NCBI GenBank assembly: GCA_964601935.1
Contig: CAZROP010000002.1
Location: 7,299-71,298, forward strand
Source: an uncultured Candidatus Saccharibacteria bacterium
GTDB lineage: Bacteria; Patescibacteriota; Minisyncoccia; Phycocordibacterales; UBA1006
Direction: 5' to 3'
DNA length: 64,000 nt
A model generated the notes under the pieces. It was not told the DNA's origin and did no database searches. It was given only the letters and a program-made list of their open reading frames with translations. The position numbers and the translations under genes were made by a program. The first letter of the stretch is position 1, and each line of letters starts with the position of its first letter. Positions 1 through 9,267 of the stretch are shown in pieces.

Positions 1-1
1 G

Positions 2-175
2 CGCGAGGGTGCAAAATTACTGCTGAGGTCTGATTCGGTATCACTGCCAGCATATATACTGCCTCTAGCAGGACAGATTAGCGAGGAACAGGTCAGGTTC
101 TATCTAGCTGAAAAAGTTCCTGAGTCTGAAATTACCATACCGATACTGGTACAGTTGTTCGAAGAGCTGTTTTAG
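2..175 (+). CDS. 3' end of a hypothetical protein, truncated by the window edge
   Basis: Open frame REGAKLLL...LVQLFEELF* ends at TAG 173-175, 4 nt before the ruvX ATG. Confidence 0.6.
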   Translation, partial: REGAKLLLRSDSVSLPAYILPLAGQISEEQVRFYLAEKVPESEITIPILVQLFEELF

Positions 176-179
176 TTTT

Positions 180-620
180 ATGCGGTATCTAGCGTTTGAT
201 GTAGGGACAAAGAGAATTGGCGTAGCGCATAGCGACGATGACGGACAGTTTGCCTTTCCTGTGGGGATTATTTCTAATAATGCCCAGCTACAGTCGGAGT
301 TATTCGCGCTGTATGAACAGTACCAGCCTGCAGCGTTCGTTGTAGGATGCTCGGATTCAGGTAGTGCCAGTGAAAATAGTATACAAAAACATATTGTAAA
401 GTTTGCGCGCGACCTGGAGTTACAAACAGGTTTGCCCGTCTATCGCATGAATGAACACGGTACATCTCATGCGGTAAAGCTAATGAACATGGCAATCGCT
501 GGGCAAAAACATACCCAGGCATCAAAGCGATCAATTCCTTCGAATGATACAGTGGATGCAGGTGCGGCTACTCTAATTTTACAACGATACTTGGATTCGC
601 GATCGTATAAGTTAGCATAA
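180..620 (+). CDS. ruvX: Holliday junction resolvase-like / pre-16S rRNA nuclease RuvX (YqgF)
   Basis: Motifs LAFDVGTKRIGVAHSD, MNEHGTS and VDAGAATLILQRYLD. Confidence 0.9.
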   Translation: MRYLAFDVGTKRIGVAHSDDDGQFAFPVGIISNNAQLQSELFALYEQYQPAAFVVGCSDSGSASENSIQKHIVKFARDLELQTGLPVYRMNEHGTSHAVKLMNMAIAGQKHTQASKRSIPSNDTVDAGAATLILQRYLDSRSYKLA

Positions 621-667
621 AGGTTTGAATATTTTGCAAAAGCTTACAAGTATGTATAATCAGGCGT

Positions 668-1039
668 ATGAATACCATATCACTCGACCATTTAAAGCAA
701 TGTGACATTCGCGTAGGAGTTATACGATTTGTAGAGCCAGTTCCTGATTCAGACAAGCTGCTACGCTGTTTGGTGGAGATAGGGGATGATGCTAGCACTG
801 GTGAGTTCGTTAGCGATGATGGAATTATTGTTCGCGTGCGGCAGATAGTGTCTGGAATTCGAGGATATTTCCCGGAGTATCAGCAGCTCGTAGGGCAATC
901 TGCTCTGTATATCATTAATCTGGAACCGCGGACCATAAAAGGCGTGGTGAGTAATGGGATGTTATTGGCGGTTGGTGATGATGACTGCGTATTATTGCAG
1001 CCACATAAACCTGTCACGCCCGGTTCTCAGATTCATTAA
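668..1039 (+). CDS. Stand-alone tRNA-binding OB-fold protein (MetG C-terminal / Trbp111-like)
   Basis: DIRVGVIRFVEPVPDSDKLL...RQIVSGI...NLEPRTIKGVVSNGMLLA. Confidence 0.85.
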   Translation: MNTISLDHLKQCDIRVGVIRFVEPVPDSDKLLRCLVEIGDDASTGEFVSDDGIIVRVRQIVSGIRGYFPEYQQLVGQSALYIINLEPRTIKGVVSNGMLLAVGDDDCVLLQPHKPVTPGSQIH

Positions 1040-1094
1040 ACGAAGCAGTAGTGAGGTGGATATTCATACGTGGTCGTAGTCATGCTGGTGTATA

Positions 1095-2072
1095 ATGAGT
1101 CGGACTATTATGTTTCGTATATTCGGATCTAAACATAGAAATACTACTGCACACGATGATGCTGTGCGGTGTATTGCAGTGCAGGAATTGCCGTTGGGAG
1201 GAATACGTACAGTGCGTTATGTGAAAAAATCTGATGGAATACAAATTGTATCAATGGAATCAGGTCATCAGCATCCCGGTCAGAATTCTGCGTATGAATA
1301 TAGTGTATGTCACATGCCCGACGACCAATATGTTCATGGCGTAGTTCATAATCCCCAGGGTTCAGAACATGCCGCATATCGGGACATGCATACGCAAGGG
1401 CATTCTGATGCTGCATTGGTGTCCCTCCAGGCCTGTCATAGCGACTATACTGGGTATGTAGGAATTACCGCAGAGGCAGTGACGCGTGGATTGAAACAGT
1501 ATCCGACCTACACTATTGACTCTGGATTATTGGGGCTGGCAAAGTTGTTTGGATTTGGTAATGACGATATGTTCATCTATGTTGCAATAGAGCGATCGCA
1601 TACTGTGCTGGCTGTGATACGTGGAGAACTGGTGCTAGAATATCGGGTGATACCTATCGGCACTAGCGTGTTAATTCGTGCTGTTGCAGACACATTGGCA
1701 TGCCCTACTGATATGGCGCGTTCCATTGTAGAAAAGTATGGGGTTCGAGATACACATCACGACCCAAGGTTGCGCAACAAGATTATTAATGTACTAGCGC
1801 CTATTCTGAACACTATCAGTCAATTATCAGGGTCAATCCGTGAGCATGCGTACGCGCCGGAACATCGTCGTGGATCAATCAGGTACTGTGTAGTCGGCGG
1901 GGTCGGAGCAAATCTGCCAGGTATTGGTAGTTTGCTGCACATGATGGTTCCAGAGGCAGAGTTATATGAAGGAATCGCTCGACAGTATAAAAAGATGATA
2001 GTAGAACTACCCGATGGGCCTACGCGCCAGGTTTTGCCGCGGTACTATACTGTATTGGGATTGGTGGTATAG
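1095..2072 (+). CDS. Divergent PilM/FtsA-like actin-fold protein
   Basis: C-terminal half resembles PilM (RVIPIGTSVLIRAVADTL...EKYG; VVGGVGANLPGI); N-terminal half is degenerate. Confidence 0.55.
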   Translation: MSRTIMFRIFGSKHRNTTAHDDAVRCIAVQELPLGGIRTVRYVKKSDGIQIVSMESGHQHPGQNSAYEYSVCHMPDDQYVHGVVHNPQGSEHAAYRDMHTQGHSDAALVSLQACHSDYTGYVGITAEAVTRGLKQYPTYTIDSGLLGLAKLFGFGNDDMFIYVAIERSHTVLAVIRGELVLEYRVIPIGTSVLIRAVADTLACPTDMARSIVEKYGVRDTHHDPRLRNKIINVLAPILNTISQLSGSIREHAYAPEHRRGSIRYCVVGGVGANLPGIGSLLHMMVPEAELYEGIARQYKKMIVELPDGPTRQVLPRYYTVLGLVV

Positions 2073-2100
2073 ATAAGGTTTTTGTGTATACTGGTCGTAT

Positions 2101-3468
2101 ATGGTAGTCACACGTTTTGCACCTAGTCCAACAGGGAATATCCATATAGGAGGCCTCCGGACGGCTTTATATGCATATGCCTATGCTCGTCAGAGTAGTG
2201 GAAGTTGTTTTCTGCGTATTGAAGACACTGATCAGAAGCGAGAGGTAGAGGGGGCAGCTGATCGTCTTGTGCCTCTGCTGGAATCCTTTGGGCTCTCATG
2301 GGACAATATTTATGTTCAATCACAACGAGCAAAGGCTGGAATTTATGCAAAGTTTGCACTCCAGCTGCTTGCAGAAGGAAAAGCTTTTTACTGTCAATGC
2401 GAAGCGAAAAATGCTAAAAAGGATGGTTACTCGGTAGAACTTCGTGACCCTTGTCGTGATCTAGGGCTCACTAGCGGTGCTATAAAACTTAGGACTCCTG
2501 ATAATGAAATTGTTACTTATTATGATTTCGTTTCTAAAAAAGATATTTCGTGGAATACGAGCGACGTTCGCGATGCAGCTTTGTTAAAAAGTGACGGAGT
2601 GTTTCCAACCTATCATTTGGCGGTGGCTGTGGACGATCATGAAATGGGCGTAACACACATATTCCGCGGGCATGATTGGCTGCCGAGTACACCTATTCAT
2701 CTACTGGTTTTCAAATATCTTGGATATGAGCTCCCAGCATTGGGTCACCTAACCGATATTTTAGATCCAGAAGGAGGCAAGCTCTCAAAGAGGAAGGGGA
2801 GCACATCATGCGAAGGACTGCTTGCTGATGGGTATTTACCTGCTGCGCTTATTAATTTCGTGGCGCTGTGTGGTTGGGCTCCCAAAGACAATAGCGAAAT
2901 GTATACATTGGAAAGTTTTGTGAAAGCGTTTAGTTTGGATGGAATTCAAAAATCAAATCCTGTTTTTAATCGAGACAAGCTTGACTGGTTTAACCGTGAA
3001 TATATTAAAAAACTTTCACATGATGAGCAGACAGATGCAATCCGTTCGTATCTACTGCAGCTTGATGGTTTCGATGAAGAAGTACTTCAGAAAATAGTTC
3101 CACTATTGATCGAGCGTATTTCCAAATGGTCTGATATGGAAATGATGATTACTGATGGGGAAGTCCAGTATTTTTTCACCGATCCGGTAGTGTCTAACGA
3201 TATGCTGCCAGGTAAAAACAACACCATCGAAGTTGCTCGAGAGAATCTGATCGAGATCGCAGCTTTACTGAATAAATACATGGGGAATTGGGAGGTCGAA
3301 TCTTTGAAAGAATACCTCATGCCGCTCGCAACAGAACTAGGTCGTGCGCAGAGTTTGTGGCCGCTACGTGTTGCGTTATCAGGGCGAGAAAAGTCTCCAG
3401 ACCCATTCACGTTGTTGTCGATACTAGGTGCCGAGACCTCACTACGTCGTATACACGGCTGTATATAA
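2101..3468 (+). CDS. gltX: Glutamate--tRNA ligase
   Basis: RFAPSPTGNIHIG (HIGH), LRIEDTD, PTYHLAVAVDD, KLSKR. Confidence 0.97.
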   Translation: MVVTRFAPSPTGNIHIGGLRTALYAYAYARQSSGSCFLRIEDTDQKREVEGAADRLVPLLESFGLSWDNIYVQSQRAKAGIYAKFALQLLAEGKAFYCQCEAKNAKKDGYSVELRDPCRDLGLTSGAIKLRTPDNEIVTYYDFVSKKDISWNTSDVRDAALLKSDGVFPTYHLAVAVDDHEMGVTHIFRGHDWLPSTPIHLLVFKYLGYELPALGHLTDILDPEGGKLSKRKGSTSCEGLLADGYLPAALINFVALCGWAPKDNSEMYTLESFVKAFSLDGIQKSNPVFNRDKLDWFNREYIKKLSHDEQTDAIRSYLLQLDGFDEEVLQKIVPLLIERISKWSDMEMMITDGEVQYFFTDPVVSNDMLPGKNNTIEVARENLIEIAALLNKYMGNWEVESLKEYLMPLATELGRAQSLWPLRVALSGREKSPDPFTLLSILGAETSLRRIHGCI

Positions 3469-3470
3469 AT

Positions 3471-4091
3471 ATGTCAGAAAAGTTTCTTGTCCTCTTTTTG
3501 GGTAATTCAGGTAATGAATATACAGAAACTCGGCATAATGCGGGATGGATTATTGCAGATGAGTTGGTTCGACCTGACCAGTGGCAAGAGAATAAATACG
3601 CAGAAGCGTTGTCTGTTATTGCACCAGGCGACTTTACAGTAGAGAAAGTTCAAAGTGAAGATCCGACTGTACCAGGACTGTATACAGAGCGCGCAGATGT
3701 ATTCTATGCCAAGCCGTTGACATTCATGAATCTCTCGGGCAAAACCGCGCGCTATTACTGCGAAAAGGAGCGCATCAAGCGTGATCAGGTTATCGTAGTG
3801 TACGATGATATAGATATTCCGGTTGGGCAGTTCAAACTCTCGCAGGGAAGAGGTGATGGCAATCATAATGGTATTAAATCACTCATCAAAGAGCTCGGAA
3901 CGAAGTCATTCATACGTATTCGTATCGGTGTTGGATCACCCGACCGTGGTCCTGGTGTTGGATCGTTTGTGCTTGCGCGTTTCCGTCCGGAGGAAGTTAC
4001 GACTATTCGTGCATTGGCCTCAAGGGTGTCACAATGTCTGCATGAGGTTGTGTTGAGGGGAGCCATAAAGGCAATGAATAGTTGGAATTAG
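3471..4091 (+). CDS. pth: Peptidyl-tRNA hydrolase
   Basis: LGNSGNEYTETRHNAG, KPLTFMNLSG, VYDDID, HNGIKS, RIRIGVG; start taken as ATG 3471 just after the gltX stop. Confidence 0.93.
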   Translation: MSEKFLVLFLGNSGNEYTETRHNAGWIIADELVRPDQWQENKYAEALSVIAPGDFTVEKVQSEDPTVPGLYTERADVFYAKPLTFMNLSGKTARYYCEKERIKRDQVIVVYDDIDIPVGQFKLSQGRGDGNHNGIKSLIKELGTKSFIRIRIGVGSPDRGPGVGSFVLARFRPEEVTTIRALASRVSQCLHEVVLRGAIKAMNSWN

Positions 4092-4115
4092 GTTAAACTT
4101 GCTTGATAAATAAAT

Positions 4116-4134
4116 GCCGCCCCGGAGGGGCGGC
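4116..4134 (-). terminator. Intrinsic terminator between convergent pth and rpsA
   Basis: GCCGCCCC-GGA-GGGGCGGC hairpin followed by an AT-rich tract on the minus strand. Confidence 0.6.
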
Positions 4135-4159
4135 CATATTCTTTGCACTCTTTTCCAAA

Positions 4160-5266
4160 TTATTTTCGTTCTCCAACGTAGGACAGAGCCATGCGCTGTT
4201 CTTTTGGTTCGAATACGGTGATCTTGAAATTGTACGAATTACCGAGTGACAAGTGTTTCTTCAGGTCATCGTCAGATTTGAAGTCAGAGTTATGTACCAA
4301 GCCAGACACGCCTTCTTCGATTGATACCAGTGCACCGTGCTTGTTCATGCGAATGATCACTCCTGTTACTTCACTGCCGATAGTATACTTGTCTGAGGCT
4401 AGTTTCCATGGATTGGTTTTCAGAGCCTTGATGGATAGGCTGATTTTGCCATCCTTGATTTCGATGATTTTTGCGGTGACCTTGTCGCCAACCTTGAACA
4501 ATTTGCGAGGGTCGTCAACCAATGCCCAGTCAATTTCTGAAATATGGACCAGTCCTTCCAGCCCATCTTCAATCTTTAGGAATACTCCGAAATCTACCGT
4601 ACCACTGACAGTACAGGTAACCTCATCACCAATAGAGTAGCGCATAAGGATGTCAGATTTTTCTGCAGGAGTTGTGCCTTTTTCCGAGAAGATGAGCTTA
4701 CCCTCTTTGGCATTGCTAGAAATAATAGTGACCGTAATGGATTTGCCAGTCAATTTCTTCAGCTCGCGTAGGATTGCGTCCTTGCTGCCGTCGTCTACCT
4801 GTGGGTAGTGTGCTTCTGACAGTTGTGAAGCAGGAAGGAACCCTTCGATGCCCTGCCATTCGATAATCAGACCGCCCTTGTTTGCTGCCTTGATAGGTAG
4901 TATGAAAGGTGTTTTGTGCTTCACTGCTTCCTCCGCTTCTTTCCAGATGATTGCCTGACGAGCTTCTTTTAGAGACAATTCAATATAGCCATCTTCATTT
5001 TCCGGGTCGATAACTTTTGCCTTTACGGTGTCGCCGATGTTCAGATTTTTGATAATCTCGCGGGTATTCTGGAATTCGCGTCCGAGGATAACACCCGTAC
5101 CGTACGGGTTGATGTCTATATAGATAGATTTTGGTTGGATTGATATTACGGTTCCTTCGATAATTTCGTCGGCATGAATGATTTTGTGATCCTTGGTATT
5201 GACCAGATTCGCCATCATTTTGCTGGTTTCAGCCTTTGTGGTTTGGATAGATGTTGGATATGCCAT
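4160..5266 (-). CDS. rpsA: 30S ribosomal protein S1 (four S1 domains)
   Basis: Repeated S1 motifs (GFLPASQL, FGVFLKIEDGLEGLVHISEI, GVSGLVH). Confidence 0.9.
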   Translation of the reverse strand: MAYPTSIQTTKAETSKMMANLVNTKDHKIIHADEIIEGTVISIQPKSIYIDINPYGTGVILGREFQNTREIIKNLNIGDTVKAKVIDPENEDGYIELSLKEARQAIIWKEAEEAVKHKTPFILPIKAANKGGLIIEWQGIEGFLPASQLSEAHYPQVDDGSKDAILRELKKLTGKSITVTIISSNAKEGKLIFSEKGTTPAEKSDILMRYSIGDEVTCTVSGTVDFGVFLKIEDGLEGLVHISEIDWALVDDPRKLFKVGDKVTAKIIEIKDGKISLSIKALKTNPWKLASDKYTIGSEVTGVIIRMNKHGALVSIEEGVSGLVHNSDFKSDDDLKKHLSLGNSYNFKITVFEPKEQRMALSYVGERK

Positions 5267-5393
5267 AGTAAATAATTGTATGCGTAGTTCAGGATGCTGG
5301 CAGCACGAATGATGCCTCTTTATTGCAACCCAAAGACGACGTATATCACTAGATAATCTAACATATATTGGTGTTTTGGCAAGTATATTTGGT

Positions 5394-5545
5394 CACTCCC
5401 TCTCCCTCTGGGAGAGGGTCGGGGTGAGGGGGTGTTCTCTTAAACATCGCAAAGAGACCTCATCCAAAATTGCTAGAAATATACTCCGCTATCGCTACAT
5501 TGTTTCAAATGCAATTTTCGCCCTCTCCTTTGTAGGAGAGGAGTG
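5394..5545. repeat. BoxC-like palindromic element with a second palindrome nested in its right arm
   Basis: Left arm CACTCCCTCTCCCTCTGGGAGAGGGTCGGGGTGAGGG; right arm CCTCATCC[AAAATTGC...GCAATTTT]CGCCCTCTCCTTTGTAGGAGAGGAGTG. Confidence 0.7.
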
Positions 5546-5594
5546 TCCACCAGATATTGCCTTTTTGATAAAATCTGTTAGAGTATTGCTACTT

Positions 5595-5942
5595 ATGGCA
5601 AAGAAACCAACCACTAACGAGGCAGAATCTAAAGCATTTTCTGTTATAGAAACAGGCGGCAAGCAGTATATTGTGACCGCTGGACAGCCTTTGCGTATTG
5701 AAAAACTTCCTCAGGCAGAGGGCGAAACTATTACCTTTGACAAGGTTCTCCTGACTGTCGACGAATCGGGCGCAATCACTATCGGAACCCCGTATATCGA
5801 TGGCGCAACGGTAACCGCACAGGTAGAAACACAGGGGCGTTACAAGAAGATCCGTGTTATACACTTCAAATCAAAGTCTAACCGCCACAAGACCTACGGT
5901 CATCGCCAGCCATTCACTGCTGTGAAAATAGCTACAAAATAA
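5595..5942 (+). CDS. rplU: 50S ribosomal protein L21
   Basis: VIETGGKQY...FDKVLL...IGTPY...GHRQPFT; start at ATG 5595. Confidence 0.95.
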   Translation: MAKKPTTNEAESKAFSVIETGGKQYIVTAGQPLRIEKLPQAEGETITFDKVLLTVDESGAITIGTPYIDGATVTAQVETQGRYKKIRVIHFKSKSNRHKTYGHRQPFTAVKIATK

Positions 5943-5953
5943 AGAATGTTTAG

Positions 5954-5981
5954 AAACCGCTCTGCTGACAGAGCGGTTTTT
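5954..5981 (+). terminator. Intrinsic terminator after rplU
   Basis: AAACCGCTCTG-CTGA-CAGAGCGGTTTTT. Confidence 0.75.
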
Positions 5982-5995
5982 GATATACTAGTATC

Positions 5996-7102
5996 ATGAT
6001 CAGTAATCGAACCATCATAGAGATATCTGCTGATGCGCTATGTCACAATGCGTTGACTCTTCAGAGTCAGTGCCGTCCTGGAACAGATGTTATGGTGGTG
6101 GTGAAATCGAACGCCTATGGGCATGGATTACTGCTGACTGCATGGGCGCTGCAGTCTATTGCAGATTGGTACGCAGTGGATGATATAGAGGAGGCCAAGC
6201 TTCTGCGGCAGCATGGTATCAAGCAGTCTATTCTGATACTGGGTTTTGTTCCCGAGGAGTGGTATCCTTTGGCGCGTACTCTGGGTGTTACTCTGACATC
6301 GCCATCACTGATTGCACTGCGTTGGGCAGTAAACCATGGGGTGCAGACTCATATAAAGATTGATAGTGGTTTGGGTCGTCAGGGGTTCCAGGGTGCTGAG
6401 TACGATGAGATAATCCAGTATCTACAACGACACATACCCGCCACAATCACCGGCGTGTACTCACATTTTGCAGTGGCTGATAATCCTGCAGAGCTAGAAT
6501 TTACGCGGCATCAGTATACTGTATTTATACAACGAAAACTAGAAATAGAGGCATTACTAGGCCGATCACTGCTGACCCACACTAGCGGTACATCGGGTGT
6601 GGTCTATAATCATGAATTTGACTGTGATATGGTGCGATTAGGTATTGGATTATACGGTGTTCTACCGTCACGCGAATTGATGGAGCATAATCCTGGTCTG
6701 CAACTACAGCCAGTTATGCAGTGGCGCGCACGATTATCAGAGATAAAGCATTTGCCAAAAGGGCATTCGATCGGATACGAGCGTACCCATATTCTGACCG
6801 AAGATTCTGTAATAGGCGTAGTTCCTGTTGGATACTGGCACGGTATACCTCGCGCATTATCTAATATAGGATTTGTCGAAATTCAGGGGCAGCGAGCCCC
6901 TGTCATCGGTAATATCTCTATGGATATGATGACGATTGATCTCACAAATATTGCAGGTACGACACTGGTAGGTGATTGGGTAACATTGATAGGGCAGAGT
7001 GTACCTGTGATGGAATTGGCAGAAATATCTGGAATCAGTCACTATGAATTGTTAACACGCATCAATCCGTTGATAGAGCGGAGATATAAAAAACTAGGAT
7101 AA
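5996..7102 (+). CDS. alr: Alanine racemase
   Basis: PLP-lysine motif VVKSNAYGHG, HIKIDSGLGRQG, VRLGIGLYG, ISMDM. Confidence 0.95.
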   Translation: MISNRTIIEISADALCHNALTLQSQCRPGTDVMVVVKSNAYGHGLLLTAWALQSIADWYAVDDIEEAKLLRQHGIKQSILILGFVPEEWYPLARTLGVTLTSPSLIALRWAVNHGVQTHIKIDSGLGRQGFQGAEYDEIIQYLQRHIPATITGVYSHFAVADNPAELEFTRHQYTVFIQRKLEIEALLGRSLLTHTSGTSGVVYNHEFDCDMVRLGIGLYGVLPSRELMEHNPGLQLQPVMQWRARLSEIKHLPKGHSIGYERTHILTEDSVIGVVPVGYWHGIPRALSNIGFVEIQGQRAPVIGNISMDMMTIDLTNIAGTTLVGDWVTLIGQSVPVMELAEISGISHYELLTRINPLIERRYKKLG

Positions 7103-7125
7103 GAGATAGTTCGGGAATGTATTAA

Positions 7126-7165
7126 AAAACGAATCAAAAGATTTTAGTAATCTTTTGATTCGTTT
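7126..7165. terminator. Bidirectional terminator-like hairpin
   Basis: AAACGAATCAAAAGATT...AATCTTTTGATTCGTTT between convergent genes. Confidence 0.6.
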
Positions 7166-7183
7166 ATGTAAAAGGTGGTAAAG

Positions 7184-7636
7184 TTAATCGTTCTCATCAC
7201 CTACTTCCTGAAGTATCCTCACACAGCTACATCGGTTCTGTCCGTAGCTATGACCCAGGAGTAGATTGGGTACTCCTCGGTAGGTCTTTTGCCCAATGTT
7301 GAATGACAGACGGTTGTACCACCAGTAATAATGGAACCCTTCCAGTTGTATGAGCTCTTTCCATTTTGTAGGATCGAACTGTACGAGCCGGCAATTGAGG
7401 TTTCGGCTTGCCGATGTGATACATACCTGTTGGGGGCGGGTATCAATTTTTGTAGCTAGAACCCAGGGTGCTGTTAGGTGATGTCCTGTATGGCTATCGG
7501 GCTTAACTTCGCCTGTGACCAGGTTGTAGGTAATCCCAAACTCGTACTGGTCCGTGTAGTGGTAGAGCGCCAAGTACAATACAAATAGTGATAATACAGG
7601 AACTCCGATTCTGATGAAAAGTTTTCGCTTATTCAT
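7184..7636 (-). CDS. Membrane-anchored hypothetical protein, paralog of the adjacent gene (SPFH N-terminus-like)
   Basis: MNKRKLFIR start overlaps the upstream stop by 8 nt; one TM segment; YEFG..Y...TG..HTG...P...IDTRP.QV. Confidence 0.65.
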   Translation of the reverse strand: MNKRKLFIRIGVPVLSLFVLYLALYHYTDQYEFGITYNLVTGEVKPDSHTGHHLTAPWVLATKIDTRPQQVCITSASRNLNCRLVQFDPTKWKELIQLEGFHYYWWYNRLSFNIGQKTYRGVPNLLLGHSYGQNRCSCVRILQEVGDEND

Positions 7637-8129
7637 TGTCCTGACTGTTTTGCGACTGACCCCCTGCAGAACCCCCAGTACCGCCCATAATTTCCAAAAA
7701 CAAGTATTTCTCTTGTAGTTTTTGCTGGCTGTATGCTCCTGACCCCATACCCTCATAGGCATAGGACTTGAGGATATCAGACAGTACTGCCTGGGTGTAG
7801 TCTTTTCTTCCATGCAGTTCGAGAAACTGTTCGAGCCCAGCCGGTTTAAATCGGACAAGCATCGCATTGAGGATTCTGTCATTAGCCTCAATGCGAACCT
7901 GCATAGGTCGCAGGTCTACAGTGTGCACTTCTGTAATAAAGGGTTTAACCCAGGCCCAGCCTGTGTGCTCTAATACTGTGATACGACCTGTAGTTTTGTC
8001 AAAACTGTAGCCTAGCTCATAACTATCCACAAGTGTGACAAAAAATGTACGAATAGAGCATCCTCCTACTAAGAGGATGACAAGGGCTGATCCGAGGATA
8101 ACCCACTTTTTTGACCAAATGTTTTCCAT
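7629..8129 (-). CDS. Membrane-anchored hypothetical protein (SPFH N-terminus-like)
   Basis: N-terminal TM segment; YELG..F...TG..HTG...P...VDLRP.QV shared with the downstream paralog. Confidence 0.7.
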   Translation of the reverse strand: MENIWSKKWVILGSALVILLVGGCSIRTFFVTLVDSYELGYSFDKTTGRITVLEHTGWAWVKPFITEVHTVDLRPMQVRIEANDRILNAMLVRFKPAGLEQFLELHGRKDYTQAVLSDILKSYAYEGMGSGAYSQQKLQEKYLFLEIMGGTGGSAGGQSQNSQDNE

Positions 8130-8311
8130 TGTCTGTAGTTGTTTTTATAGATGATGCAAGGTTGAATTTTGCAATAAAACTACCATGATGACAATGAAAG
8201 TCAATATCAGCGGAACGATTGGCGTACACGGAGAGATACTTGACAAACAGTGATATGTATTTAGTGTTATTGTCAAGGTTTGATTATCTCATCTATTAAA
8301 AATACAAGGTC

Positions 8312-8794
8312 ATGACGAAGACTGATTATTTGATATTCGGGTTAGATCTGATTCTGGCAGGAACTATACTGTTTCGTGCTATCACGCAACTTTTGAGCGA
8401 GTTCCGCGATGTTCAACAGGAAGAAATTGTACCCAGTGATACCACAAAGACCGAGGATGGAGAAGTTGAGGCAAGACCCTTCGTGGAAACCCTCAGCTTG
8501 TTACCTGAGAGCTTCTGTGTCAATGTGCTTGGCCAGTTGCTTGTTAGTTCAGTCTCGGGATTCTTATTCTGGGTATTCATTCTGTGGGCGCTAGAGCCTG
8601 CGTTGGAAGGCGCGGGATACGCAACTACTGCCTATGCAGGATTGATATACACGGGCATTGTAGGTCTGGTGTACACTCCTGCATACCAGGGTTGGAGAAC
8701 CCCGACCTTCGTAAAGGGCTCTCTGATCATTGTGTGCATTATTGCAGCTTTGATGCATATACTTGCACTGGGTGTACTCGCTTTCTACTGGTAG
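8312..8794 (+). CDS. Hypothetical membrane protein (about 4 TM)
   Basis: 160 aa with hydrophobic segments; TTGACA promoter-like element upstream. Confidence 0.65.
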   Translation: MTKTDYLIFGLDLILAGTILFRAITQLLSEFRDVQQEEIVPSDTTKTEDGEVEARPFVETLSLLPESFCVNVLGQLLVSSVSGFLFWVFILWALEPALEGAGYATTAYAGLIYTGIVGLVYTPAYQGWRTPTFVKGSLIIVCIIAALMHILALGVLAFYW

Positions 8795-8892
8795 TATGTC
8801 ACGAGAGATTTTATAAAAACCACAAACATTTTTGTTTCGCTATTCTGAAATAGCTGACAGAATTTGATTGTGGTTTTTGATTTTGTCCAAAT

Positions 8893-9228
8893 CTAGCCTA
8901 ATTTTGATCCATTGGGTACTGATTTATCGGGTACGGCAAGTACTACATTGCCATCTTCGCGGTAGAATCCCGTAGTGAGAACCTGTGATTCGTAGGGGCC
9001 AATTTTCTTGATAGGGAAATTGACCACACATACAACCTGTTTTCCGATAAGCTCTGCTGCGGAATAGAGTGTGGTTATTTGTGCGCTGGATCGTTTGGTG
9101 CTTAGCTCCCCAAAATCAATCACCAATTTATATGCTGGTTTCTTTGCTTCAGGAAAATCCTCGACGTTAATAATAGTGCCGACACGTAACTCTACTTTTT
9201 CAAATTCATTCCAGGAGATTGTTTCCAT
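8893..9228 (-). CDS. csaA: CsaA-like tRNA-binding / chaperone protein
   Basis: [11 protein letters not shown]...[15 protein letters not shown]...SSAQIT...VVNFP.KKIG. Confidence 0.88.
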   Translation of the reverse strand: METISWNEFEKVELRVGTIINVEDFPEAKKPAYKLVIDFGELSTKRSSAQITTLYSAAELIGKQVVCVVNFPIKKIGPYESQVLTTGFYREDGNVVLAVPDKSVPNGSKLG

Positions 9229-9267
9229 AATCAGTGGCTGTATATTATATTTAGCGTTATTATTAAT

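Noticed and set aside
3288-3470. N-terminal extension of pth in the ORF track
   Set aside because: It overlaps gltX in another frame; Pth motifs start at ATG 3471
5376-5594. 73-aa N-terminal extension of L21 (SLSLWERVGVRG...)
   Set aside because: It is a read-through of the palindromic repeat from a TTG; a promoter-like sequence and ATG 5595 mark the likely start
7637-7891. Long N-terminal extension of the 7184 ORF
   Set aside because: It overlaps the upstream paralog out of frame; similarity between the paralogs begins after ATG 7636
668-9228. Two stand-alone tRNA-binding OB-fold genes as a novel system
   Set aside because: Explained by a split MetG C-terminal-like domain and an ordinary CsaA
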